NCBI RefSeq assembly: GCF_021869535.1
Contig: NW_026262702.1
Coordinates: 1,054,001 to 1,118,000 of the forward strand
Length of the DNA: 64,000 bases
From: Mytilus californianus
Taxonomy: Eukaryota
Direction of reading: 5' to 3'
Part shown: piece after piece, positions 13,202-25,449 of the stretch
Numbering within the stretch: position 1 is the first letter of the stretch
Layout of the letters: every line of letters begins with the position of its first letter
Notes under the pieces: model-generated
The model's database searches: none
What the model was told of the DNA's origin: nothing
Seen by the model: the letters and a program-made list of their open reading frames with translations, nothing else
Program-made: the position numbers and the translations under genes

Positions 13202-14788
13202 GGCCCCGTTCACACTAGGACATTTAGATCGATTTAAGCTAGATCGGTTCACTTTAGATCGATTTAAGGGCCAATGTGAACGCGTAGGATCGATCTTCAA
13301 TCGGTCTAAACTAAAATACCAAAAGAGGTAGTTTAGTTTGAATCGATCTAAAGTGAACCGATCTTTCTTTAAATGTGAACGCAGAGATCGGTTTAAACTA
13401 GTACGATTGAATCGAAAATAATGTATGCGCATGTATAGCGGCACAACTATATCAATGGTTCGTTGTTTAACTCATATTTCTCTGTTAACAGACCGTTGTG
13501 TACATGCACGTAAAAACAAACTGAAAACATGTTGTCTTCGCCGTAGCATAAATTTGCGAAATCTGTGTCTTCTTTTTTAAGTTTTTTTTTTTCTTTTCAG
13601 GAACCGCAGTATTTCGTCGTGTTGTAACTTCGTTGCTACAGTCTTTTGTTTCAAAATCAAAGAAAACTGCAAGAATATTCTTTACAAAGCACAAAAATGT
13701 CAGTATTCACCTCAAAAGCTAACAAAACCTTTAAACAGACTTATTAGGAAGGGATATAGTTACGATACTGTTGTCAGGTCATTAAAGATTGCATATTTTG
13801 GCTTTAATATTGATTCACTTATAGGGTCTTTGCATCGGAATTAAACATATTTATTCTAAAACCAGTTGTTGGCATGACACGGGTTATGTTCTTCTCACAT
13901 ATATTTTATGATGGTATAATACTAAACCCCTAACAGGAGGGATTGTGCCTGATATTCATATGATGAAGACATAATCTTTCAATCAGTTTAATTGAGGTCT
14001 GGAGCTGGCATGTCAGTAACTGCTAGTAGTCTGTTGTTATTTATGTATTATTGTCATTTTTTTTATTTTATTTTGTTTCCTATTCTGACATCGGACTCGG
14101 ACTTCTTTTAAACTGAGTTTTACTGTGCGTACTGTTGTACGTTTGTTTTTTCTACATTGGCTAGAGGTATAGGGGGAGGAGACTTGGCAGCCCTGAAGTT
14201 GAGATCTCAAAAACATGTTTAACCCCGCCGCATTTTTGCGCCTGTCCCAAGTCAGGAGCCTCTGGCCTTTGTTAGTCTTGTATCATTTTTAATTTTAGTT
14301 TCTTGTGTATAATTTGGAGTTTAGTATGACGTCCATTATCACTGAACTAGTATACATATTTGTTTAGGGGTCAGCTGAAGGACGCCTCCGAGTGCGGGAG
14401 TTTCTCGCTGTGTTGAAGACCCATTGGTGGCCTTCGGCTGTTGTCTGCTATATGGTCGGGTTGTTGTCTCTTTGACACATTCCCCATTTCCATTCTCAAT
14501 TTTAAGAACACCAGTATCAAAATTCATCCAATTTTTTTTTCAAGTGTGTGTATCAGTGTATCAACACATCAATTTGATAAATTAGTTCTATTTATACACA
14601 ATGTTTACAGTTTTACGGGTAATAAGGTCAGATCAATTGCATTTTTAATTGTAGTGTGAACGCACTGGTTCAGATTAGACCGATAGAGATCGATCGTTAT
14701 GATTAAAGATAATGTGAACGCTAACTGGTTTTATTTAGATCGATTCAAATTAGATCGATTAAAGAAAAATGCTAGTGTGAACGGGGTC
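13202..14788. mobile_element. PIF/Harbinger-like non-autonomous element with a nested Penelope-like fragment
   Basis: 17-bp TIRs GGCCCCGTTCACACTAG / CTAGTGTGAACGGGGTC (16/17 match); TAA TSD at 13199-13201 and 14789-14791; subterminal AGATCGAT/GTGAACG motifs at both ends. Confidence 0.85.
13684..14504 (+). mobile_element. 5'-truncated Penelope-like element (family 1), 3' end
   Basis: Matches the last ~45 codons (KAQKC..SPQKLTKPLNRLI.KGYSY.TVVRSLK.AYFG) and the 3' tail of the element at 25450-26790, ending ...CCCCATTTCCATTCTCAATTTTA. Confidence 0.8.
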
Positions 14789-14937
14789 TAAGATTTGCTG
14801 TTACAAAATTTTGGAATTATATCTTCCTAATGCAAAACTCCTTGCCCGGCTTTGGCTATACTTTTTGTCCTTTTTTGTTTATAAGCTCTTCTTTATTTTA
14901 ATAAGCTTTGGATTTTCAACAAATATTGTGGCCTCGA

Positions 14938-14981
14938 GCATCACTGAAGAGACATTTTTTATCGAAATTCGCATCTGGTGT
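14938..14981 (+). ncRNA. Minimal type I hammerhead ribozyme motif, family 2 (degenerate)
   Basis: GCATCA-CTGAAGA-GAC..ATC-GAAA-TTCGCAT-C-TGGTGT. Stem I pairs, the core CUGANGA/GAAA is intact, and stems II and III carry mismatches. Confidence 0.6.
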
Positions 14982-15789
14982 AGAAAAGTTGGTACCGTTA
15001 CTGTTATTTCAGTAATTGATTACGCCAGTTCAAAAACACAGCGACAACACGTACATGTATGCTACCGGAGATTCATTACTTTTGGGGGATACCAGTTTTC
15101 GTGGATTTCATGGATACAGGTGAACCACGAATTTAAATGTTCAACGAAGTACAAACTGCCTAAAAGCTTGAATGCAGACCTTTTTAAAACCATGAAATCA
15201 AATATCCTCGAAAATACAATTAGTCTTTAATTCACGAAAATAAGTCAAGGAAATAACAGTCACACACGTAGTTGTGGTATCGAGAAAGTGGCGATCGAAA
15301 CGATGGCCACGTTGTATTATGGTTCGTAAAAAAATACGGAGGTCCAGATTTTCATCACTAATTGATAAAGACAAAAAAAAACCCACCTAATTATATGATT
15401 GTCTGTTCAAAGTCTGAAAATGGTAAATGTGTTTTCTATGATCTGAAAACTTTCTACTTGACGCTGTAAATAATTAAATTATTCAACCAATTTAACATCA
15501 TCGTCAACATTTTGAAAAATTACGCAATATGAAAAAAATAAAGCGAATCGTACTGTATTAAACACAACAGCATAAAAAACAAAAACAAAACCAAAAAAAT
15601 AATACAAAAAAAAACAAACAAAAAAAACACATATGTTTTTTGTTATTTTAACAACTTTATGTTCATGGAACGCTGACGTAAAAAAAAACAACAAAAACAC
15701 CGTCATATGTTGTGTCTGACTATGTTTAAAGCCAAAAACAAATAAATTAAATAAATCACACATTTCGGGAAGTTTCATTTTTAATATAC

Positions 15790-15975
15790 CTGCGCTAATG
15801 TCATCATTATTATCGACTAACTTCTTTGGTGGTAATGTTCCTCTTGCAGGCGTTGTTGAATCAGAAGATTTTGGTTGCGTTGTTGCCTCTTCTGTTGTTA
15901 ACGGCTCTGTACTTATTGCTGTAGTATGGCCTGGTGGATATACATAACAATCGGAGGACATAACGTCTTCTGTAT
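15790..15975 (-). CDS. CTLD-WSC receptor exon 8: Thr/Ser/Pro-rich stalk
   Basis: ttatcag|AT ACA gives DTEDVMSSDCYVYPPGHTTAISTEPLTTEEATTQPKSSDSTTPARG...DDISA; donor CAG|GTATAT, 186 nt, phase 1-1. Confidence 0.85.
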
Positions 15976-16039
15976 CTGATAAAATATTGAGAAATGTATG
16001 ATTATTTATATGCATATCCTATTTACATGGTTTGATATG

Positions 16040-16320
16040 TATAGTTATATATTTTTTTAAAGAGAGTCGAAAGATACCAAAGGGAAATTCAAACTCATTA
16101 GTCGAAAATAAACTGAAACGCCATGGCAAAATACGAAAAAGACCAAAAAAACAAGCAACGGTATAAAAAACACAATATAGAAAACTTATTATAAGACTGA
16201 GCAATACGAACCTCAACAAAAACCGGATGTGATCTCAGGTGTTCTGGAAGGGTACTCAGATCTTGCTCCACATGTGGCACCCGTTGTGTTGCTCATGCAT
16301 GTAAGTACAAACCCGGTATA
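16040..16320. repeat. Dispersed repeat family 'GGGTGCCACATGTGGAGCAAGATCTG...' (probable retroelement end)
   Basis: Related copies at about 1955-2170, 42340-42500 and 45690-45910. It is the source of spurious ORFs such as MPHVEQDLSTLPEHLR. Confidence 0.6.
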
Positions 16321-16705
16321 GTCCAAATATTTTTACCATGAACTTAATTAATTCTTAGCATATTTGAATCGCAAAATTTAAGTGTATTGCTGTTAACGTA
16401 AATGCGTACGAGACCATCGATAATCACATTTCTCTAAAAAATCATTGATTAAAGATTTGAAGATGCCGAAAAAATCGAAAAGACAAACAAAAGAAGAATA
16501 TTAGACCTGTTGATAAAACTGAAGTAAGCAATCAAATCAATACATATCTCTTATTAATTCTATCTGTTGTTAACTTTAATTAAAATTACTATTGATTTTT
16601 CTCCCTTTGTTGCTAATTTTCCACTTTAAAGCAAATTTTGTAGTTAATAAAAATAACTTTTTAACACCCGGTTATATCTATGAAAACTTATTTACTGTTT
16701 CTTAC

Positions 16706-16822
16706 CTAATTCGCATACAAATGGTAGTTGCGCTGTACAATTTAAGTTACTGTCTATTTTCAAAACACCAGCAGTGAGCATCCCATGAAAACAAGAAGCT
16801 GTAGATACTGATGACTCTTCCT
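16706..16822 (-). CDS. CTLD-WSC receptor exon 7: C-terminal half of lectin-like domain 2
   Basis: tttaacag|AG gives EEESSVSTASCFHGMLTAGVLKIDSNLNCTAQLPFVCEL; donor TAG|GTAAGA, phase 1-1. C...LPFVCE is the typical CTLD beta5 ending. Not in the ORF track. Confidence 0.85.
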
Positions 16823-17086
16823 CTGTTAAAGAAAAAAGTATACATTTTCATAAATGACATCTGAATTGCTTTAAAATAATAAAAATGATTGCACCTAAGG
16901 AAGTAATATTTCGTATCTCTTTTTATTCATGATAGACAGCTCCTCGCGCAAGTGCAGGTTTAAAAGAAACTGACTAAAGGGATTTGGAATAGAAAAGGAT
17001 TTTTCAAGGCATATATCTGAGTTTATCTTTAACTTATATCTACATATGACCAATAGCTGCGTTCTAAAGATATTGTGTCATAAAAA

Positions 17087-17557
17087 TAAAATTGAGAATG
17101 GAAATGGGGAATGTGTCAAAGAGACAACAACCCGACCATAGAGCAGACAACAGCCGAAGGCCACCAATGGGCCTTCAATGCAGCGAGAAACTCCCGCACC
17201 CGGGGGCGTCCTTCAGCTGGCCCCTAAACAAATATGTATGCTAGTTCAGTGATAATGGACATCATACTAAACTCCAAATTATACACAGGAAACTATAATC
17301 AAAAATGATACAAGACTAACAAAGGCCAGAGGCTCCTGACTTGGGACAGGCGTAAAAATGCGGCGGGGTTAAACATGTTTTTTGAAATCTCAACCCTCCC
17401 CCTATACCTCTAGCCAATGTAGAAAAAACAAACGCACAACAGTACGCACAGTAAAACTCAGTATAAGAGAAGTCAGAGTCCGATGTCAGAATAGGAAACA
17501 AAAGAAAATAAACAAAATGACAATAATACATAAATAACAACAGACTACTAGCAGTTA
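17087..17557 (-). mobile_element. Penelope-like family 1 3'-end fragment
   Basis: Same tail as 13684-14504. Further partial copies at about 12767-12825, 17853-18050, 45415-45525 and 60573-60729. Confidence 0.75.
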
Positions 17558-18061
17558 TGTTTTATACAGCAATACTGATGCTGTTATTGAATCCACACTC
17601 AATTTGTGGGTGAAGCATGAATAGAATGAGATTCAATAACAGCATCAGTATTGCTGTATAAAACATTTTGTGTGAAAATATCTTTAGAACACAGCTATTG
17701 GTCATATGTAGATATAAGGGAGACAATTTCAATCTATGACAAGTTGAGCAATTTGTATTCATTTACTTAAAAAAGGAATGTAAACACATAAAGCAAACGT
17801 GTAAAAGAGAGGCGAATGGTACCAAAGGAATATTTAACCTCATAATATTTGTAAGACTAACAAAGATTCTCCCGACTTGGGACAGGCGTAAAAATGCGGC
17901 GGGGTTAAACATGTTTTGTGAGATCTCAACCCTTCCCCTTTACCTCTAACAAATGGAGAATAAACCAACACACAGCAATACGCACAGTAAAACTCAATTT
18001 AAAAGAAGTCCGAGTCCGATGTCAGAATAGGTAACAAAATAAATTAAAACAAGGTATATTA

Positions 18062-18329
18062 CAGCCGATTTCAATGAGTGTGTAGGCAAAGGTAATAATA
18101 TCTTTGGTTAGCTTGCTTGCTAGCTGAACTGTGGTCATTGTTAGGTTAGGTAAACAACCCTCCTTTAAGAGTAGACTAGTCCGACAGATAACCGATCTAT
18201 CTGTCTATAGGACTAGGCTACTTCGAACGGAGGGTAGTATACCTTACCTAACAATGACTTCACGGTTCAGCTAGCAAGCAAGCTGACCAAAGATATTACC
18301 TTTAGCTTCACACTCATTGAAATCGGCTG
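18062..18329. mobile_element. 268-bp fold-back MITE (Tc1/mariner-like ends)
   Basis: Long imperfect TIRs (~110 bp) CAGCCGATTTCAATGAGTGTG... / ...CACACTCATTGAAATCGGCTG, flanked by TA on both sides. Confidence 0.85.
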
Positions 18330-18772
18330 TAATACTACGAAAAACTCATTAAAGTTTCCAGACTTAAAATTATCTACATAAGTATCATCAGTGACACTAT
18401 AATCAAAATTTGCAAAACGTTTTTATACTTTTGTCTTTGATAGGTTTTGTTTTAATTCTGCTTCCTACGATTACAAAAACAAGATGAAATATCAACCCAT
18501 ATGTTGTCGATAAAAAATATCCAACATTTTGATGATATTTTCTTCCTTGTATTTCGGTATTTGGAATACAAGGAAGATATGAGGTATATATCAACGAAAC
18601 AGCAACCTGACACTACCCATATAAAACAGTATAAAAAAATAACAAATGAAAAGCCCTTAAGTGGACAACAATCAATCAAATACAAATGTTTTTGTCATAC
18701 ATTCTCCTTTACAAATGAAACAGTATGGAATCATGTGACTATAATGTACTCTTACACGTAACGGACATTCAC

Positions 18773-18952
18773 CTTTCACAACTTTAGTTCTTTTTCGCCT
18801 ATAAAGACCTATCCAAAACGGGGCTCTGCTTGTTGTGTTGACACATTCTAGATCGTTGATTGTACCAGCTAAGAGAAAAGATTGATAATCGGACCAGCAA
18901 GCTTCTTTTCCTTCATTCCAATATCTATTGTCTTCTATCTCGCTTTTGTCAT
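18773..18952 (-). CDS. CTLD-WSC receptor exon 6: N-terminal half of lectin-like domain 2
   Basis: tttttggtag|AT GAC gives DKSEIEDNRYWNEGKEACWSDYQSFLLAG...RAPFWIGLYRRKRTKVVK; donor AAG|GTGAAT, 180 nt, phase 1-1. Has the W..G...C helix and the FWIGL motif. Confidence 0.85.
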
Positions 18953-19518
18953 CTACCAAAAAGATGAGTAAACTAGAAGCAGAACTTTAATTTTCAATTG
19001 AAAATCACGCATATTTTACATTATATTTTTAAACGATGTTTTTTAGAAAGTGTGATCTTTTTTTTTTATACTTTTCTCAAACGGGCCTACCGTTTTGCAT
19101 TTTCATTCAGACGAACTCGCTGAACTAAACAACAAAAGTTAAACACTTGCATTTTTAAATACTGTAAAATAATTCACAGATAAAATGCTAAGTTAAATAC
19201 AATTAAAATTAAATTAAAGAGTTAAAACAAAACAATATAAAACAATAATTGCTATTCATAAAGTTGTTAAAAGTATGACATAAGTCCGTAAATATACGAT
19301 GTAGAAACTGGACACATATGTTAACAAAATAACTGCGACTGACATGCAAAACTTTTAAACCCATAATGCCAAATGGACGAAGTGACAAATTAGATAGAAA
19401 ATTGTAGATATTATGCACTATACCAATCATTTGTATTTGGAAAAAGAAATGAGTATTACAAGGAACTCTGCAATATGTTACATGATAGTCATTTGGAAAA
19501 AAAGTATACATACAAATT

Positions 19519-19709
19519 ACGTACTGCAAGTCGTCGGTAGTGATTGGTTAAAAACAGTATGCATACAAATTACGTACTGCAAGTCGTCGGTAGTGATTGG
19601 TTAAAAACAGTATGCATACAAATTACGTACTGCAAGTCGTCGGTAGTGATTGGTTAAAAAAAGTATGCATATAAATACGTACTGCAAGTCGTCGGTAGTG
19701 ATTGGTTAC
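19519..19709. repeat. 53-bp tandem repeat that duplicates the exon-5 end and its splice donor
   Basis: ACGTACTGCAAGTCGTCGGTAGTGATTGGTTA at 19519, 19572, 19625 and 19677 (periods 53, 53, 52). The last copy overlaps exon 5. Confidence 0.95.
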
Positions 19710-19817
19710 AGGAATACCCATAGTATTGCCATCCTGAGTTGGTGCACTCCACACAACCACACATTATAGAGTTTTTGTTTGGCTCATCATCTCGGTCAAG
19801 CACTAGATTATTGGACA
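19683..19817 (-). CDS. CTLD-WSC receptor exon 5: C-terminal half of lectin domain 1 (EPN)
   Basis: tttactag|TG gives VSNNLVLDRDDEPNKNSIMCGCVECTNSGWQYYGYSCNQSLPTTC; donor GCA|GTACGT, 135 nt, phase 1-1. Confidence 0.8.
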
Positions 19818-20504
19818 CTAGTAAATAATAAATGATAACATTTACACCGTAGTTGTAAGTTTAATATCACTTTTAAACAATCAATTGAAGTACAGTTTAC
19901 ATCGACTTTATTTTACGAAATATGATGCAGAAAAAAGTTATGAAAAAGCTCTCTTTTTGAAAAATTTCAATATAACGGAAGTAATTAATATGCTGTTATG
20001 CATCGCAACTATAAAACTATAAAATCAAAACGCGCACTTAAGGATGTTCGCTGCTCAGTTTCAAAATAATAAACTTTTGAAAAGACCGTTGTACATTGAT
20101 AGTATATAAATAACGGAACTTAAAAAGCAGAAAAAATGAAGGGGAACTGTCCTTGTTTTTTTTTTTAATATAAGCAATTGAAAATTTGGCGAGAAATAGT
20201 TCTCTCTAGATTTTTTATACATTTAACACTGGCACCCTTTTACTTTCAAAAACTATGAAAAAAAAATAAGGATCTTATAAGTTTTCAAAATTGGCTTTTT
20301 AAACAATATATTATAAAACTACGAAAAGAAAAGTAGGGGTTAGCAGCAAACATTTTAATTGGCACTACATGCATAAAAGTAGAGGATTCCAAATATCTGG
20401 CAAAAAGTATAAAACAAGAGTAGCCACCATCATTTAAATGAAAACGATGTTATGCTATGTGATACGGCAAGTCGTAAGTATATGTATTATGTAGATCTAT
20501 TTAC

Positions 20505-20649
20505 CTTTCTTATAAACAGTTATATACCCATTGCCACCACAAGAATCTTGCATATTTTCGTCACATGTCTTGTTACACATTGAATCATTTACTGTACTTT
20601 GATCTGTTTCCCATGCATAATTATCAGGCAAACAGAAACAATTGTTATC
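20505..20649 (-). CDS. CTLD-WSC receptor exon 4: second half of the WSC domain
   Basis: cctgtttgtag|GAT gives DNNCFCLPDNYAWETDQSTVNDSMCNKTCDENMQDSCGGNGYITVYKK; donor AAG|GTAAAT, phase 0 to 1. The C.C / C...C / CGG / VY pattern is that of WSC domains. Confidence 0.9.
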
Positions 20650-20829
20650 CTACAAACAGGAAAATACTTTTTAAAACTCTTTTCACATGTACCTTTAACG
20701 CGTGACCATATTCGACCACCAAGACGGATGAAATGAGTTATGTAAGGACTGCTCACCCCGGCTTGAATTTTGGGTTATCAATGCTCCTTAACTCCGTACT
20801 TTATTAGTCCTTTTAACTTTTTAATTCGA

Positions 20830-20873
20830 GCGTCACTGATGAGTTTTTTGTAGATGAAACGCGCGTCTGGCGT
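20830..20873 (+). ncRNA. Minimal type I hammerhead ribozyme motif, family 1
   Basis: GCGTCA-CTGATGA-GTT.TTTTGTA.GAT-GAAA-CGCGCGT-C-TGGCGT. Core intact, palindromic stem III (ACGCGCGT), GUC cleavage triplet; stem II is weakened by two C>T changes. Confidence 0.75.
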
Positions 20874-23844
20874 ACAAAAATATAAGCCTCAGTGTATATA
20901 AAGTGCGAATCCAGTTAGTTCATTTTCACTGTCGTATGCAAGTATGTCTATTGTAGAATAAAGGATGATGGGAAAAACTGCGTTTGTTTACTTTTTGAAA
21001 ATACAAAATAATTGATTTGAATGTATGTTTTAACACAATTTCATTAGAATATAACTTTTTAATGTATAATAACAGAATTAAAGTCTTAAAAGTGTAATTA
21101 AAGCTGCTGAATTCATAATATTGATCACTGAATGCGATTCATTTTAACTATAAATACGATGAACATTATCACGGTTAGTGCGATCATTTCTGATGTGGAA
21201 TTTTTGGAGGTGCGATGAATTTTCATTGCTGTTTTATATGATAATTCGACATGCAACAACTGAAAATAGTCTTTTAATGACTTTAATATTGATGATATTT
21301 ACAATTTGAAATGCAAGCTAGTCGTAGATGCTTATACACGGGTATGACCAACGTATTGTTGATTCCGGACGTTGTGCGTTGATTTTGTTTTCTGTACGTT
21401 CGTTTCGTGTTTTCGTCATAGTTCTGTGCCGTTCGTTAGTAAAGCATCGAAAACATAATTAGCTGTTTCTATTGAAATACCTATCTTTTTTTTTTGTTAG
21501 CAAGCATTTGCAACTACTAAAACTATTTGACATTTCTATCATTTCATATTATAAATCAAAACAACCTGCATTTTGTATTTGTTTGATGTGAAACAGAACT
21601 TACTGGAACTAGAGAAGCCCACTCATCAGGAGCACCTGATTGCAATCCAGTTTCTTAGAAATCCAGTATTTTGATCTTGAGGTCAAAGGTCAAGACTATG
21701 CTCTATTTGTAGTTTAATCAAGTTTTGATTATACAGAGTGTTTTTTTCGCGATGTTTTCAAGTAAATCAAAGACCTGTGTATTTAAAATAATCACATGGT
21801 GTTCATGTAATATAAATAATGTATAATGCTGTCAGGAGCAGTAAACTTTGTTTTCATAAACATTCAATACTTAACTGAACAGTACGTCAATTAGTCTTTG
21901 GTGAAAATAATAGGACGGTCTACTCTACAAACATCGTTTTGCGATGCAGTGATTAACATTCGGAATTAACTGTACGGCGGTTATACCCCGTGGTATAGAA
22001 CCATTTAAACATATAACTATAAACTGTATTCAATATATCCTTGAATTCTTACAATTACGTATTTGCTTATTTGTAACAACGATTTATAAGAAATTCAAAC
22101 ATAAATTAAGATGACTAGATTGTAGGTCGAACTTTCTTTACCGTATAAATTTTATCTTACATATAGATCTTGATCTGGACAAAAATTAGAGAAAATAGAA
22201 TTGACTTTTTTTTTAACCAAGAAATGCTATTTTACGGAATTTATTGATATAATAACTCAGACTTTCACTCACAAAGTATGCATATATAATCAATCCTTCT
22301 GACTTCATAAATTTTGTTAGAGAGTCGGCTGAATTAAAACTTTATATGATGAAATTAATTAATTTCCTTCTGTGAAAATGCATCGCATGTACAATAGAAA
22401 TGAATCGCCCCTACAGTGAAAATGAAAGTCTAGTATCATTATGAATCGCATAACGAAAACAGCATAGTGGAATTTAATGCAATATCAACAACCTGAATAA
22501 CAAAACCTGTTTTAAGTTATACAACATTAATAATTATGTTAAAAGGTACATTTTTCTGCAAATGAAACTTAACACGCTCTGTTCGTGAACTATTCTTAAT
22601 ATTTATCTATTTGTGTATCAATTTTACACCCGGGTGGCTGTAGGCGCGATGAAAACCCGTCCGCTTCTCATACCTATATCATGAATTTATAAAAACAGTA
22701 CACGTTACATATTATTTCTTATTTTATTAAAAAATCATGAATTTGTCGTCTGTTTATTTATCATCCTGCATTAGAAATTCATAACGGATACAGTAAAAAT
22801 GATATTCTAGGATTCGCACATTATATTCACCGAGCCTGAATTCTTTGATGAGTTTATTTAAGTTTGGTTTGCATTACATTGTAGATTTATGTAAGTCTAT
22901 CTCTTCAATGATACCAGGCTTATAGTTTGGTATGAAAGACGCGCGTTTCGTCTACAATTCGTCAGTAATTAAAACTCTTTTTTTTAAGTTTTATTTAGGA
23001 ATAAATTATAACAGATTTATCTATGATCTTTTGGTGCAGTTCTTAATGACGAGCTATTAATGAAGCCTTTTGTGAAAAGTCGCTGATGCATTATTACCTT
23101 CGTTTTATGACGTTTTAAGTTAGGTGAGTATTTTGCAATAAATATTTTTTAAACATATTTTAAGACTTTACCTTAAAACAGGTAGAAGTAAAGATATGTT
23201 GTATAATTGCCAATGAGAGAAATTATATATACTAGAGACCAAATGATGTAGATTTTAGCAACTATAGGCCACCGTACGGCATTCAACAATGAGCAAAACT
23301 CATAGCGTATAGTCAGTTATAAAAGGTCCCGACATGACAAAATGTGAAATAATTCAAACGAAAAACCAACGGCCTGATTTATGACAAAATAATAAACGAT
23401 AAACAAATATGACATACTGGCTCCTGACTGGAACTAGCTCATAAAGAATGTGACGCGGTAAAACATGTATGTGAGCGATCAACCCTCCCCTAACCTTGGA
23501 CAGTGGTGTAGCAGAACAGAATACGATCAGTTGGAAATGACTTGACACATCATCCGATCGGAACGACGTACAAATAAAACAATTAACACAAAAACAAAAG
23601 AAACAAATTGTCGATATAAGAGTACTTGCAGTTACTGAAAGCTAGTTTAAAGGCAATAAATGATAAAATAATTTCACACAGACTAAAGTTTTTAACAACA
23701 TTTGATATACATGAGATCAAAAGTTTTGGAAACAAAATACAGAAAACGTTTCAGAGTTTCAAAACAAAACGATCCTTAATCTAACATCCAAAACAGTCTG
23801 AAGCTAACATTACCAGGAGGAGGTAGTTGAAACTTCTGTTTTAA

Positions 23845-24118
23845 GGTGGTACCCAACACCTTGACTAATATTAATTTGGCTCGTTTAATTTTCATAAAAT
23901 TTTGACAAAATGTTTACTTTGACCCTTTGACAAAAATATAAAAATTTCAAAACATTTGAACCAACCACTTTATCAGAAAAATTTCATTGGTTATATAGCA
24001 GTTTGACAAACACTAATTTTGATCATTGAGAAGCTTGATATTTCCTTAACAATACAACGTAATTAAAACGTTTAGCTGATTTTTACAGAGTTATCTCCCT
24101 GTAGTGTTAGGTACCACT
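23845..24118. mobile_element. 274-bp MITE with TTAA TSD (Kolobok-like ends)
   Basis: TTAA|GGTGGTACC ... GGTACCACT|TTAA. Purine-purine start and TTAA TSD fit Kolobok better than piggyBac. Confidence 0.7.
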
Positions 24119-25449
24119 TTAATATAAATACATTATTTGTAAACTAAAGTTTTCTGTTTAGATGTGTTTTGTTATTCAAGAACTGGCATTGGGTGGATGG
24201 TCACTTTTGATTGTGACATTTAACCTTAAGGGGAACCGTTAGAGTTGTAGTTCATAGAAAATATAAAAGACGAATCAAAACTAGAATTCATGGCAACACA
24301 TTAAAAGATATATTAAACATACAGGAAAACACGAGGAGCCATTCAGATCAACAGAAAATACAACGTTTGGACAATACAAACTGAACATGCTTGCAACTGA
24401 TTTAAACAAGAAAAGATCTAATTTTTCGGTATTATCATGGACTCAAAATTACTAACAATAGAAACGTGTGGATTGTTTTGTACACTTCAATAACCATGCA
24501 ACAAAATAAAACAAGTTTACCATGAAATAATCACATTTTCATCACGATGTATATACACTTCATATATCTGCCTCGGCATAAAAGAACTCATAAAGGGATA
24601 AAAGAATGGACTTACTTTACACAAAAAGTCAATTTAAATGTATCACAATAATAATTATAATCATAATAATAATAATCACTATTATTTTGGAGTTATTGTG
24701 TTGTTTTTTATTTTCCTTTCGATTTTTTTTTTGCCTGTTTTTAATATTACTAGTATTATTAATGCTATTGTTGTTGTTTTTAAAGTTTGCCAGAAGGTCA
24801 GATACATTAACGAATCGTTTTGTCAACTGCGATAGGTTTTTTAGTAAGATGTGGGAAATATCAAGGGAAAACAAATTAAATCATTTTGTATATAAATCGT
24901 TTTCTTAATTATTTGAAAAGGATCTTAACTTGCATTTCGACACTTTATATTTTACTTTAAACACCCGTTAAACAACATTTATAATATGGATGAACATATT
25001 TGCAATTCAAATGAGGATTGTGATATGTAATTTTGAACTACTTTGTACAATTAAAAGATACATCATATATGGAAATACGAAGCATGTCTTTTTATGAGAC
25101 AAACTTAAGCAAACACGTTATTTGATAAGTGAGAAGAACTGAAATTATATTCTTATTGCACATCATTTCAAGTTCTATCATTTGTACAGTTTCATCTATA
25201 GGTGAAATGAAAGCTTCCGTCAAGATATGGTTTTGTATGAACATTGGTATATTTACATCATTGTTTTACAATATAGCATAACGGATTTACTAGCACATCA
25301 TTTATATTTTATTCAAGAATGCACCCATCTATAAACGACAAGAACGCCAAATGTACCGAACTAAAAAAGTAGCTTCCAAAATCAATAAGTCTATTTTTAC
25401 AAAAAAAAACTGTGAAGCAGTATATGTACTTTGCTTAAAAAATGAGTCA

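Larger units (their letters stand above)
13077..15008 (+). mobile_element. Retrozyme-like repeat unit (~329 nt after removing the nested inserts) carrying a hammerhead motif
   Basis: Direct repeat CGTTA(A/C)TGTTATT at 13077 and 14996. The unit is split at a TAA by the Harbinger-like element. The hammerhead is at 14938-14981; a related copy lies at about 35965-36170. Confidence 0.55.

Noticed and set aside
18953-18972. Alternative upstream acceptor for receptor exon 6
   Set aside because: It would be out of phase with exon 5; the acceptor at 18953 gives the correct phase 1.
24606-24908. Poly-Ile/poly-Asn ORFs
   Set aside because: They arise from an (AAT)n-type low-complexity tract.
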